A program made the translations under genes and the position numbers. Under the pieces are notes generated by a model. That model saw nothing but the letters and a program-made list of their open reading frames with translations. It had not been told where the DNA came from and made no database searches. From Takakia lepidozioides (Eukaryota > Plantae > Bryophyta), in NCBI GenBank assembly GCA_030704615.1, contig CM060731.1, positions 63,674,001-63,738,000 on the forward strand: a stretch of 64,000 bases of DNA, given 5' to 3'. Positions 1-12,359 of the stretch are shown one piece after another. Each line of letters begins with the position of its first letter. Position 1 is the first letter of the stretch.

Positions 1-2961
1 ATATCACTTCCTCGTTGTACAAACCCTTCAGGTTGTCTCATGTAGATCTCTTCTTGTAGTTCTCCATTCGAAATGTCGTCTTAACATCCATTTGATGAAC
101 TTCGTGATCATGTTGAGCTGCAAGAGCTAACAACACTCTGATAGAAGAAATCTTCACCACTGGTGAGAAGGTTTCGTTGTAATCCACTCCTTGAATTTGT
201 GCATAGCCTTTAGCTACAAGACGAGCTTTGTACCGGTAAATAGATCCATCAGCTTTGTACTTCAACTTGAAGATCCACTTGCAATCAATGGCTCTTCGTC
301 CTGCAGGCAACCTAGTGAGTGTCCATGCTTTGTTTTGCATCAATGAATCCAACTCTGAGTTGATTGCTTCTTCTCATTGTAGTTTGTCTGGAGAGCGCAT
401 CGCTTCCTCATATGTAGCAGGTTCAACCACTTGTGATGCTTCTTCCATAGCTTCAATGGCACTCATAGATGTAATCAGTCTACTATAAGCTTTTTCTTTC
501 CTGCTGAGATCTCCTTAGAATTGGGACATCTTCAACTTCATCTCTAGAGTCAATATCAACAAGTGGTTCACCAGCTTCGACTCCTTGATCAACTCCATCA
601 AGTTGAACACCTCCATCATTTGCTTCAGCCATCTCTTGTATTGGCTCCTCATAAGACTCCTCTTGGAAATGGTGTAATGGCTCTAAGCTCATTCCTATGT
701 CATCTTCTCCCACTACCAAAGAGGGTATGAAGCCTTCATCAAACACTACGTCCCAACTGTGTTTGACAGCCTTAGTTGTCTCATTGAACAACTTATATCC
801 CTTCACACCTTCTGTGTAGTCAATGAAGATGCATCCTTCTGATTTGGAGTCAAGTTTCCTTCGCTTCTGAGTAGGGATATGGACATATGCACGACATCCA
901 AAAATCCTACAATGAGCCACACTAGGCTTCTGACCACTTCATACCTCTTCTAGTATTTTTCCCAACACTGATTTGATAGGTATTCTGTTGTGAAGATATG
1001 CTGCAGTGCCAACAGCTTCTGCCCAAAAATGATTTGAAATATTCACTTCTTTCAACATACTCCTTGCAGATTCTTGTAGTGATCTATTCATCCGCTCAGC
1101 TACACCATTCTGCTCAGGTGTATATGGAACAGTAAGCAGTCAAGCTATTCCATTCTCTTGACAAAACTGATTGAAGCCTTTGAGATGTACTCACCACCAT
1201 TGTCGATCTCAAAATCTAAGAGATTTCCAGTTGTTCTGCAAGTACTTTGAACCTGTTTTGAATTTCTCTAGCACTTGACTTTTCTCTGCCTTAGGAAATT
1301 CACCACAACCCTCCTTGACAAATCATCAATGAATGTCACAAAGTACCTTGCTCCTCCAAGTGATGTGGTTTGCATTGACCTGCACACATCAGAATGTACC
1401 ATCTCCAATATACTTATGGCTCTTCGTCCACCATCCTTAGGAAATTGACCTCGATGTTGCTGCCCTTCCAAGCAATCTTTGCATAGACGCATATCTCTCA
1501 TCTCCATCAATGCTAGTCCTTCCACAAGATGGCTTGAGAGTTGCATCTGTCTCAACTTCTTAATGCTCACATGACCTAACCTTCTATGCCACAACTCTGT
1601 TTCTGACATGACAGGTGTAGATCCCAACTGTGGTGAAAATGTGGTAAGAGCAATAGAGACATGATGTTGTAATCTATACAAGCGATTATCAAGAATAGCT
1701 CTTGCTACCACAGCTCCTGAGCTATCTGTGATAGTACAACTCTCATCTTGGAATACCACTCTGTATCTTTTTGCAACAATTTGCCTTACCGACAGCAGGT
1801 TCTTTGTTAAAGTAGGGATATATAGGACATTTTCCACCTCTATGGTTTCCCCTTCATTGAGCATAAGAGAGACTGAGCCTTCCCCACTAATGGCATGCTT
1901 GCTATCATCTCCCAAAAGAACATATTGTGTAGGTGAAAGAGATCTATAGGATAAGAAATGCTCTCTCTCTGAACTTATATGTTGAGATGCTCCTGAATCA
2001 ACATACCACACATGCTTCTGTCTAGTAGTGGCTGAGAGAGACACAACAAATAGAATAACGTTCCTCTGATGAGTAGTTATGTTCTCTTGACCCTCTCTGC
2101 TGCGCTCATCTGCAATGCGCTTTCTACAATCCTTAATCATGTGACCAAGTTTCTTGCAATAAAAGCACCTTGGCCTTTTTGATCTTTGAGCTAGATTGAG
2201 GTTTCTGAAACCTCTGGGACTTCTGAGACACATGTGAAGGGAGTCTTCTATTCAAAACTACTCCAGTCTTGCCTGTGAACAAAGGTCTGTCTACCTCTGT
2301 AGACGTACGCTGACATTTTCTTCGTGTTTCCTCCTTGAGGAGAAGTCATATGACAACATCAATAGTTAAGTTGATTTGCCCTGCTAGAGACACCACAAAA
2401 CCATCATAGGATTCAGGTAAAGTTGCCAATAACACCACTGCGGCGTGTTCATCAGTCACATTAGTTCCCACATAAACTAGTTGATCTCGCAACACACAAA
2501 ACAAATTCAAGTGTTGTTCAACTGAGTCTGACTCGGTCATCTTCAGACCATAGAACTTTTGCGTCGCATACACTTGCGATGTGACATCCTTCGTCTCATA
2601 TATGCTTGCTAGCTTGTCCTAAACATCTTTAGCATTCTTAGCACTTATAATGAGATGCAACTGATTGTCTCTCAAGCTTGTGATGATGCTAGCTCTTGCT
2701 TTCTGATCTTTCATATCTTATATGGCTTGGCCAACAATAGTGTCAGGTCTTGGGACTGATCCATCAACCACTCCCCATAGATCTTTGTCTAGAAGTACCA
2801 TCTCCATCCTAAACTTCCAGGTTTGATAGTTAGCTCCATTGAATCGATCTTCCACTCTCACATCTAATGCACTCGTCATAGACATAGAAGGAGGATTGCT
2901 AGAAGATGACGCTCCAGCCATAATCAAGTTCTCTCAATCACAACTACCAACTCTCACCTAT

Positions 2962-2974
2962 GACTCTGATACCA
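2962..2974 (-). promoter_or_regulatory. tRNA-iMet primer binding site (TGGTATCAGAGT)
   Basis: Plus strand reads actctgatacca, abutting the LTR end. Confidence 0.9.
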
Positions 2975-3281
2975 TGTTAGAATTGAGCAAGAACATAAAC
3001 AAGAACTTAAGTCTTAGACTAAAGCTAAAACTAAAGCTCTTCTCCCAACCATAGAAGCCACCATCATACTCTTACACTTAGACTAGTGGCTTCACCCCCG
3101 AGCTTGTACAAGAAGGTCTCTAGAAAGTCCTACTTGGTCACTTCCACTTCCACTATGGTGACCATCCACCTTCTAGCCATTCACCTTCCAAATGTGAGTT
3201 AAACAAGATAATCTCTTAGACTTCTAAACCTTTGGCCTTCAAGACTCTTAGTCTTCTAGATATGTTTAATTACTTCCAACA
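2975..3281 (-). repeat. Copia 5' LTR (307 bp), TGTTGGAAGT...CTAACA
   Basis: TG..CA ends on the minus strand, immediately followed by the PBS. Confidence 0.85.
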
Positions 3282-4738
3282 AAAAATCAAGCTATCTCTG
3301 ACTAATTGATAGCAAGTTGGTCACAATTACGACTTCCACTTTGATGTGAACGAAGTCTCAGTTCGACCATGGGAAAGGGAGCACATGTGAGAGGACGTTG
3401 GCCAACGCCGACAACTCTATAGATCTTATTTTATCAAAGATTAAAATTATGTAAATATGCTTTAATAGCATTGTTGGACAAAAACAGGACCTTCAGAATT
3501 TAGACTCTTGAATGTTTTCATTGAGGGAGAGTGTTGGAAGTCAATTCTAACATTCATCAAGTCATATGATGAGTCTTGAAGGGACACAATTGTTAGACAA
3601 AGAGTTGTGATCTGTGTGAGTTAGACCTATTGGTTGTATCAATAGTCACAACTGTTCATATGTCTTAAAGTGAGCACACGCTCACTATTGTAACATCTTC
3701 TTCATTATCAATTACAAGTCACTCTCTCTCTCTCCATAAATTTTACATGGTATCAGAGCTAGTGCTCAACCATCCATAGAGATCTAATGAGAGTCGACTT
3801 AAGATTGTCATGCTAGTATTGTAATACTAGTAGATATGATAGTCAAACAACTATCAAATAAGAGCTATCTTCATGATCTAAAACATGTTGATATTGATAT
3901 GTTCATATTAGTATGTTAATGTTGATCTTTGCATCAATATAGTTACCATAAGCACCTAAGTATGGTGAACAAATTATTCCTAGGCAAAGAAGCCAACGAT
4001 GGAATATTCATGGTGAAAAAATTGCAGAGAAGTCATGGAGACAATTGAGTCTAATGGCCATTTCAAACATTTTAAAATGTTATTCAAGCATGTAACAATT
4101 TAGATTGTTAATGATGCTTGGAGTTCCAACAAACTTGTTTAAGAACCTTCATAGAGTTATGTCATGCGGCATTAACTTAAAGAAGAGATCTAAGGTGTCA
4201 TCCCAAAAGCATCACTATTGGTGCATTATTTGAACTTCAAATGAGCAATTTCTCCAACGAGAACTTCTATTTGAAAATCAAGCTATCTCTGACTAATTGA
4301 TAGCAAGCTGGTCACAATTACGACTTCCACTTTGATGTGAACGAAGTCTCAGTTCGACCATGGGAAAGGGAGCACATGTGAGAGGACGTTGGCCAACGCC
4401 GACAACTCTATAGATCTTATTTAATCAAAGATTAAAATTATGTAAATATGCTTTAATAGCATTGTTGGACAAAAACAGGACCTGCAGAATTTAGACTCTT
4501 GAATGTTTTCATTGAGGGAGGGTGTTGGAAGTCAATTCTAACATTCATCAAGTCATATGATGAATCTTGAAGGGACACAACTATTAGACAAAGAGTTGTG
4601 ATCTGTGTGAGTTAGACCTATTGGTTGTATCAATAGTCACAACTGTTCATATGTCTTAAAGTGAGCACACGCTCACTATTGTAACATCTTCTTCATTATC
4701 AATTACAAGTCACTCTCTCTCTCTCCATAAATTTTACA
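3282..4738 (+). mobile_element. TRIM (non-autonomous mini LTR element) in tandem array: partial internal + LTR 3532-3747 + internal + LTR 4523-4738
   Basis: Two near-identical 216-bp TG..CA LTRs, each preceded by a PPT (ttgagggagag/ttgagggaggg). PBS TGGTATCAGAGC at 3748. 3283-3531 duplicates 4274-4522 (period 991 bp). No ORF. Confidence 0.9.
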
Positions 4739-6529
4739 ATATCTCTCCCCACATTCGTCAACATTCATCTCTCCTGGGCCTTATAATTTTCCGGACAGGT
4801 TGCTACTGTGTCAAAACTTCGTTAATTTTTTGTTTTTTCTTTCCACCCCAACTCTTGGTTTTTTGGGCAGGGCTTTTTGGTGTTATGGCATATCTTGTCT
4901 CAGGTTTTGGGGTGTCATGCTTCCTAACCAGAGAGATCGCTGCCCCAGCGGAATGCTCTATATCTTCTGCATGTCGATGGGGTTTCTTTGCCTCTCACCT
5001 GTCAAGTTGACTTACATTTCTAGTTTATATGTTGATATGTCGTTTTGTAGAATGAGTGTCACATTTTTGCAGTGTATCAGACTTCTAGTTGTTTGCTTGT
5101 CTTCTCAAATGATCCTAGATGCACCATCTTTCTGACCCTGTAGCTGCTCCCTTGTGAAGCTTGGAATCAAACTGCCTAGAGTGGAAAGATGTTCTTTATC
5201 TCTTCAGGTTCCCTGGCTCTCATCTACGCTTGCATGACCTCTGTAAAACAACGCGGCACTTGTTCCAGAAGAATGAAAAAATCGCGTGCATATTTGAGTG
5301 TGATGTATTGATAATGCTCGTCTGATTCTGGTCTTCGTCGTAAGGTAGTGGTGGCTTCTTCACCTTTGTTCGGTCATGATCATTCTAACTGTATTTTCCA
5401 GGAGGTCTATTTGGAACGACACTCTGTATCTAATGTACTCTAAAGAACCAAGTATTCGAAAACTACGTCTTGCTGCAAAAATAAAATTGTTTCGATACCT
5501 CTCTGTGTACTATACCTGTTAATCTCGACTGCAAACATTTCTCTTGCCTCAATTTATTGCAGTGTTGGCTTATGCAGAATTGAGGATTTTAGTCTGCTCA
5601 GAAGACAAGCAACTTGTCCAAAGGTCAGCTCTTGTGATGTATCTCTAGGTGATGATAAGAAGCTAAGTTGTACATCATCGACGCTGCAGCTGATACGATA
5701 AATCAACAGAAGGGGGCAGCGATAGGAACAGATCTCCTATGGCATCCACTACTGCCAAATCCCCTTGCCGTTTACTCATAACTTCCCTTGAGCTCTGCCC
5801 AAATAGTGGTACTCTAATGTGTCATGTGTATATTCTTGGAGCAGTGCCATTGGTTTTGAGAAACAGTTTTTGTTCCAGGATGGTACCTGGCACATCCTTT
5901 CATCTTCCATACAAAGAAGAAATTTCAGCCTCTGCAAATTTCTCCCTTGTGGCATTTCAAGCCACTGGACTGACTGTTGGTCTAGCTGGGGATAGGTAAC
6001 ATTGATGACACGGAATGATCACATCAGCAGCACCGCCAAGCCCAAGCAATTGGGAAATGCGAGAGCTCGCTGTATCTTCACATGCAGCCCAGGCTCCATC
6101 GTCAACTTTGCTCCTAACTTCCACCTATACTCCTGCATCATTGCAAGGAAACACACCATTGGCAAAGTCCATCAGTGAAGACTCTGTTTGTGTGTCTATC
6201 ACCCCCTCACAAACAGTTGCAAGGGTTCCTAACAAATACGCAGAATGAGGAGCTACCCGACAGACGTCTCTAAAAACATTCCAAGTACGCACAACCTCGA
6301 GTTGTCGGGCTGAAGAAAAGATAGACACCGAAAAAGCTCCAGTCAAGCCTATATGACTTACCAGCAAAAACTTCAGAAACCAGAAGAGGAAAGATATGGC
6401 CAGAAATGAATCTTTGCTGTGAAAGAGAAATGAAATGGTGCTATATATCCGTCCGCGGAAAGCTCATTTATGGGACAAAAAGGAAGAAAACATGAGAGAG
6501 GAAACAAAACCAGAACCCAAGAATAAGAA

Positions 6530-6906
6530 CTAATGTTCTAGTGATTGTCTAAGGGTGAAGGCCTCGTGCAGGTAAGCTGCCAAGCATTTCTGATCCTCAT
6601 AGTGGAAGACTTCAGTGAGAGATTGGGTTCCATTGAATAAACAGTGGAATCTCCCACGGATCTCGTAGTATAGAGGGCAGTAGAAGAAGAAGTGTTCTTC
6701 AGTTTCAATTCCCGGCTGCGCCCTATACAAGCTGGACATAGGCGGTCCTCCCGTTGCAGGTTTTCCCATCTGCCAGTCTCTATCCAAAGGTTGTGGGAAC
6801 CCACCCTAAGAGACCCGGCCAGAAAATCTGCGATAGAACGGTGGGGGCACATAAAGCGGATGTGGTTGCAAAAAACCACACGCGTCGTTTTCCATCTCGT
6901 CATCAT
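6530..6906 (-). mobile_element. LINE ORF2 C-terminal (zinc-binding) fragment, frameshifted
   Basis: LRVGSHNLWIETGRW..RLCPAC, then in another frame ETEEHFFFYCPLYYEIRGRF. Confidence 0.8.
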
Positions 6907-7904
6907 CTTCCGCCATCCCCGTCCTCTCCCGCCTTCCTATTCTTACCGCTTCTCTCCTTCCATCGTTTTCCACTCTCTCACAAACATACACTCACAAACA
7001 CAATTTTCCAGGAGTTTCTCTCTCCTCCTGCTACATTGGAAGAAAAATCGACACCTCGAAGGTTCCTTACGCAACAAAGCCCCATTAGCCCCATTGTGGT
7101 TGTAGCTCGATCAGCATACCTGCATTTGGCTGAGGTAGTCTCTACATACGTTCTAACACTTATTAGTTCTTACCGAGAGGTCTACTCTGAAATGGTTAGG
7201 CTAACTGGGGAAGGTACATCAGGAGAGGTCTCTCCTTAGGGAGGAGCCCATAATACTCAAAAGTCTAGGATAGAAAGGTGGCACTCATGTGACCGGTGGG
7301 AGCAAAAAGAAAAGGCAACTTGCGAGATTGAGCTACCACAAACAAAAAGAAGGGTCAGCTCTGCATCATCGCTGGAGGCACTGCAACGCTGGACACTTGT
7401 AAATAACTGCCAAACTACGTCGACTTTCTCTTCCCTACAAGTGTTGTGGAAGGACTCGCCAAGAGAGTAAGGATTCTTTCCGTTGGCTCCATTTTGTGCC
7501 TGCAAACAACACTGCGTGAAGCGGGGAAAGTAAGAGGGAGTGCTAAAGTTTCCCCTTTTGCAGCAACCTTTGTGGAGCCCTACCATTGCGCGTCCCGTCG
7601 TGTACTTTGCAAGTAAGTCGACGCGGCACATGTGTGAGCTCGGCTTCGGGACCACCAACATGAGTTATGGCAAGACGCGACTTCCCTATCCGCAGACTTG
7701 TTATGTACAGACTGTGGTCCGAGCGTCTAGTCTCGATGAAACTGGGAACCATACATGAAAACTGGGAGATGTAGAGAGAGGGAGAGGGAACAACGTAGTA
7801 GTGCCAAGGGAGGAATTGGGTGCGGGAGAGATCTGTAGGGTGTAGCTAGGACTTCTTGTCCATGTTGCAATTTCTACGCGAAGCACTTCTGTAGGACTTA
7901 AGAC

Positions 7905-10900
7905 ATGTCAAATCAACAGAGCATGATCAGCTCTAAAGGCTTCTGGTGGACTTACATAACTCTTTGTGTATGGATCGTTTGTTTTCCGCTGCCAAGTTCT
8001 TCGGTGGAAGCCAGCTTGGTCACTGCCGAACGACGCGCCCTTCAGGACATTCAGTTGGTGTTGCAGTTGAATTCGTCGGCTGTAGGATGGAATGCCACGG
8101 CCGACCCATGCACGTGGCCAGGGATAACCTGTGACGTCAAGGGAAACCATGTCCTGAAAATCAAACTGGAGTTATTTGCAGATAGTAGTCCGATGCGAGG
8201 AGCGGTGCCTGCATCTCTCGCAAATTTGAGCTCTCTAGAGAGTATTGATCTCGCTAACAATTTCTTAGGTGGTAATATACCATCAGAACTTGGCACCTTG
8301 AGCAGGTTACAGTATCTGAGCGTAGGCAACAACAATATTACTGGAGAAATACCACCAGAGCTTGGACGCTTAAAGTCCCTCCTGACACTTTACCTCGACC
8401 TCAACCTGCTGGAGGGTGGCATTCCACCTACCTTTGCAAACTTGACCAGCCTTCAGCAACTTCACTTGTCAACCAACAATTTGTCGGGGCTCATACCTTC
8501 AGAGTTGGGTAGTCTAACCCTTCTCCAGGAGCTGCACCTTGACGACAATGGCTTCAGTGGCACCATCCCCAGCACATTCCGGAATCTCACCAATTTAACG
8601 AGCTTGATGCTTGACAACAACAATCTTGGCGGTGGGCTAGCTATTTTGGAGGCAATGCCTGCACTTACTGAATTGTTCTTGGCAAGGAACAACTTCTCAG
8701 GCCAGATACCACAGTTTGGCACCAACAACCCCAACTTGGGAACTCTATCACTGTGCTTCAATAACCTTTCAGGAACCATCCCTGTATCTCTTGGAAATCT
8801 TTCCAAACTCAAGGTTCTGTCTCTAAGTCACAATAGCTTGAGTGGTGTCATCCCCGATAGTATTCAAGGTGCTAATCTCTCTAACCTGAACATACTGGAT
8901 GTCTCTCACAATTCTCTATCAGGATCTCTAAATTTCACCAAATCATCTTGGAACACCACGAACTTGGAGTCGGATTTCTCCTTCAATTGTTTCGGCTCTG
9001 GCGCAAATGATCTTGCTTCGAGCCTGCGCAAAGGAAACAACACCCTCTTCAACTCATGCTCTCAGTCTTCAACAGGGCATAATTCCCAGTTTGCAATCAA
9101 TGTCGGTGGTTACAGCTCTGTCACAAATAACGATAGAGTTACATTCCAGCCGGATTTATCGTTTGATACATGTACCGGTCTGGTGGTTAATCCATCTAAC
9201 ACCTGGGCCTTGCAAGTTCTTAGCGACAAAACAGAGTATCCAAGCACCATCGCGGGCACTGGAACAGCAATTTCAAACGTTTCTGCGGATGAAATGGAGA
9301 TCTACCAATCCATGCGATGGGCTCCAGTCTACATGGCTTACTATGGCATCAACATGCGAAGCGGATTGTATAATGTCAGTCTCTACTTTGCAGAGATTGT
9401 CTTCACGCTTCCAGGCTACCGGGTTTTTGATGTGATGGTACAAGGAAAGATCGTTCGTTCAAAACTAGATGTGGTAAAAGAAGTAGGAAGCAATGTAGCT
9501 TTCAGAGAGGTCGTGCAGGTGGATGTCACAGATGGCCTCTTGAAAATTGAGTTTCTCTATGTCGGTCTAAATCGCTGGTTACAAACTTATGGATTGAGTG
9601 CAAATCAGACGGGACCAATGGTGTCAGGTATCTCTGTACAGCTGGTGCATCCACGAAAAACAAAATGGAAGTACATCGGAGCAACTCTGGGGGCTGTTGC
9701 TGTTCTTGCTGCTTTGTCGCTGCTAGTGCTTTATATCTGGAAGAGAAACTGTCACAAAGGATCCGAATTCGGTGGTGTACAAGCGGACGGTATCTTTTCA
9801 GATGACTTCAACCGGTCTGCTTTCTACTCTTATAAGGAGCTCCAGGATGCTACTGATCATTTCAATGACGCCAACATCATTGGCCGAGGAGGATTTGGTA
9901 CGGTATATCGAGGGGTGCTGAGAGACAAATCTGTCGTAGCTATCAAGCAACTCACCCAAAAGTGCCATAAAAGCAAAGTCTCCTTCAAGAGGGAGATGAC
10001 AATCCTTAGCTCTGTGCAACATCGCAACTTGCTCATGTTACGGGGTTGCTGCATTGATACCGAGTTCCCTCTTTTGGTGTGCGAATACATGCCCAATGGA
10101 AGCTTGTCAGACCTTTTGCATAGGAATGAAGGGCATGTGCTGGAATGGGAATCGCGTCGCAACATCGCCATTGGCACAGCGTGTGGCCTGGCATATTTGC
10201 ATCACGAGTTGAAGCACCGCATTATTCATTGTGATATGAAGCCCGCAAACATCCTCCTGGATGCGAACAACAATCCACGCATTGCTGATTTCGGTCTTTC
10301 AAGGCTTGTGTGCGATGACATGGTATCGCACATCTCCACAACTAATATACAAGGGACGGTGGGCTATCTCGCACCAGGTAGAGCCTCACATAATGGCTTA
10401 GACCGTTTTCGCTGTTTGCTACAACATGTCACGAGCAGCTCTAGATCAGTGTCATTGTATGTTTTTCAAAGCTTACCAGCACAGATGATCAAATGTTGTA
10501 TTAAATGGATCTAGGGTTGCTTGAAAGGCACTTGCCGCTGACTACAAGACTTCCAGAATTGGGACAAGACTTCGAGCTATTGTACATGTATTTGCTATGA
10601 GAGACCTGTATGATGAATTCTACAGTGGTGGAACTCATTTCTAAAGGTCCGACTAAAATCAGTTTTGTCATTGATCTCGTCTTTGTTGAACTTGTTCCAG
10701 AGTATGTGAGTCGTTCACAGATATCCGAGAAGATTGACGTGTTCAGTTTCGGAGTTGTGCTGTTCGAACTCTTGAGCGGTCGGAAAGTTCTAGACTTTTC
10801 ACTTCCATCGGAACAAATTGTGATGCTGAATTGGGCGAATCAAGTGGGTGAGGAGCCTGATGATCTACTCAAGCTTGTGGATCCGAAGCTACTCGGTGAG

Positions 10901-11137
10901 ATGGTGGAGAAGGAGGCCTTGGACATGGCCAAAGTGGCTAGACTGTGCACACAGGATTCTGCCTCTCTGCGACCTACAATGCGCGAGGTGTGGCAAATGC
11001 TGAGTGGATCTGCAAACGTTCCAGCGAAGCTCCCCTCAGTGAAGCATGACTCCTTTCGACCAGAGACTTTCAACTTATCTGATGACATGGACCAGGTATC
11101 CATAGAAGAGGCACGTGTGAAAGAATCTAACCTGTAA
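7905..11137 (+). CDS. LRR-malectin receptor-like kinase, non-RD; exons 7905-10377 and 10701-11137 (969 aa)
   Basis: Signal peptide, LRRNT (W..DPCTWPGITC), ~10 LxLxxNxLSGxIP repeats, malectin (YNVSLYFAEIVF..RVFDVMVQG), TM helix, kinase GRGGFG/VAIK/HCDMKPAN/DFG. GT-AG intron (CCAG|GTAGAG...TTCCAG|AG) restores APEY in frame. Confidence 0.95.
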
Positions 11138-11959
11138 TAGTGTCAAAGAATCTATTAGCGAGGCGAACCCCACAGGAGGAAGCTGATTCCTCAAAGGTTT
11201 AACATACCATGAAGAAATAGCGAGTCCTCTGCATTCTGCCTGCTTGCATTGGAAGGAGCACGTGCATGAGTGCTTACACTGAGTACCATCCTGCCTGTCA
11301 TGGAACATTCGCTCATGTGGATCTCTTCATCTGCGCCCAAGTTCTCTTATATGTAAGTAAGATATGTGAATCAGCCCAACCTGTGTTCGCGTACATGCAG
11401 CAATAGAGTCACACAAGAGAATTCTCGCACGATAGCATAATGGTATCATCTTAAAAATGGAACGGCCGCATGTGTTGAAGCTCAGGGTGATGGTGTATGC
11501 TGTAGATTCAAACATCTTTCAAAGCGACTGTGCTCATGTTTACCATCATGCTGCACGTAATTACTTCAAAGATTTTGTTCAAATGAGCAACAAAAGACAG
11601 CTACGGGCATGGGCTAGAAGCGTGTACAATGTCAAAGCTCCATGCTGCCATAGCTATATTTGGAAGGACTCTATGACTTCTACAAGGGAGGGTTGGGGGA
11701 GAAGATTGCCTTAGTTCTATACTCACCAAGATGGGTCGATGCATTAGCAGACAACCTTCAGTGGATTTCATATTCTCCAGAATTCATGAATTCATAGATA
11801 TAGTGCCATTCAAAGGACCCAAGCTGCACCTGAATCTATATTCCAACTGGCTTGACTTCCGGGTTCACTACGAACGTAGCAGATATCCAACTTAGGAGGT
11901 TGCTGTGTGGATGTCACTTATAAGACCCCCCAGCACCCAAAAAACTTGATAGCATATTA

Positions 11960-12331
11960 AAGTTATCCGTGAAGTGCCAAAAACTGGAGACGAGTACCCC
12001 CAGTTTGGCCAAAAGTGGGGACGAGTTAAGATACAAAGGATAAAAACTCATACAAAGGAAAAAAACACAGGATGAAACTAGTTTGAGCACCAAACTGGTG
12101 CTCAAACTAGTTTCATACCCAGTTTGGGTTTTGCCGAGCTACAAGCCTTGTGACTTCGATCGACCTGCGAGCAGGAAGTTGTGAGATCATGTGAAGGAGT
12201 AGGACTCATGCCCAATTTGACAAACTGGTGCCCAATTTTGCTGACTTAACGTTTGCACTCAAACTGTGGATGAAACACAAGTTAGAGGGCCAAACTGGGG
12301 ACTAAATTGGGCATGACTTTAAGGATAACTT
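11960..12331. mobile_element. Probable MITE (~372 bp) with short TIRs and TA flanks
   Basis: TA|AAGTTATCC...GGATAACTT|TA, with further imperfect inverted match inward and internal CAAACTGG/CCAGTTTG repeats. Confidence 0.5.
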
Positions 12332-12339
12332 TATTAACC

Positions 12340-12359
12340 ATATATATATATATATATAT
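12340..12359. repeat. (TA)n microsatellite
   Basis: About 10 AT/TA units. Confidence 0.9.

Larger units (their letters stand above)
1..3281 (-). mobile_element. Ty1/copia LTR retrotransposon, 5' part (LTR, PBS, gag, PR, IN, start of RT); runs off the window; degenerate
   Basis: gag FNGANYQTWKFRM (2927), CCHC knuckle CFYCKKLGHMIKDC, protease WYVDSGAS, GAG-pre-integrase WHRRLGH, integrase VHSDVC, RT KARLVAKGYAQ..HQMDVKT, in copia order (IN before RT). Several stops and frameshifts split the ORF. Confidence 0.96.

Noticed and set aside
10378-10700. ORF-track tail of the 869-aa ORF and head of the 175-aa ORF
   Set aside because: Intron read-through; splicing restores APEY.
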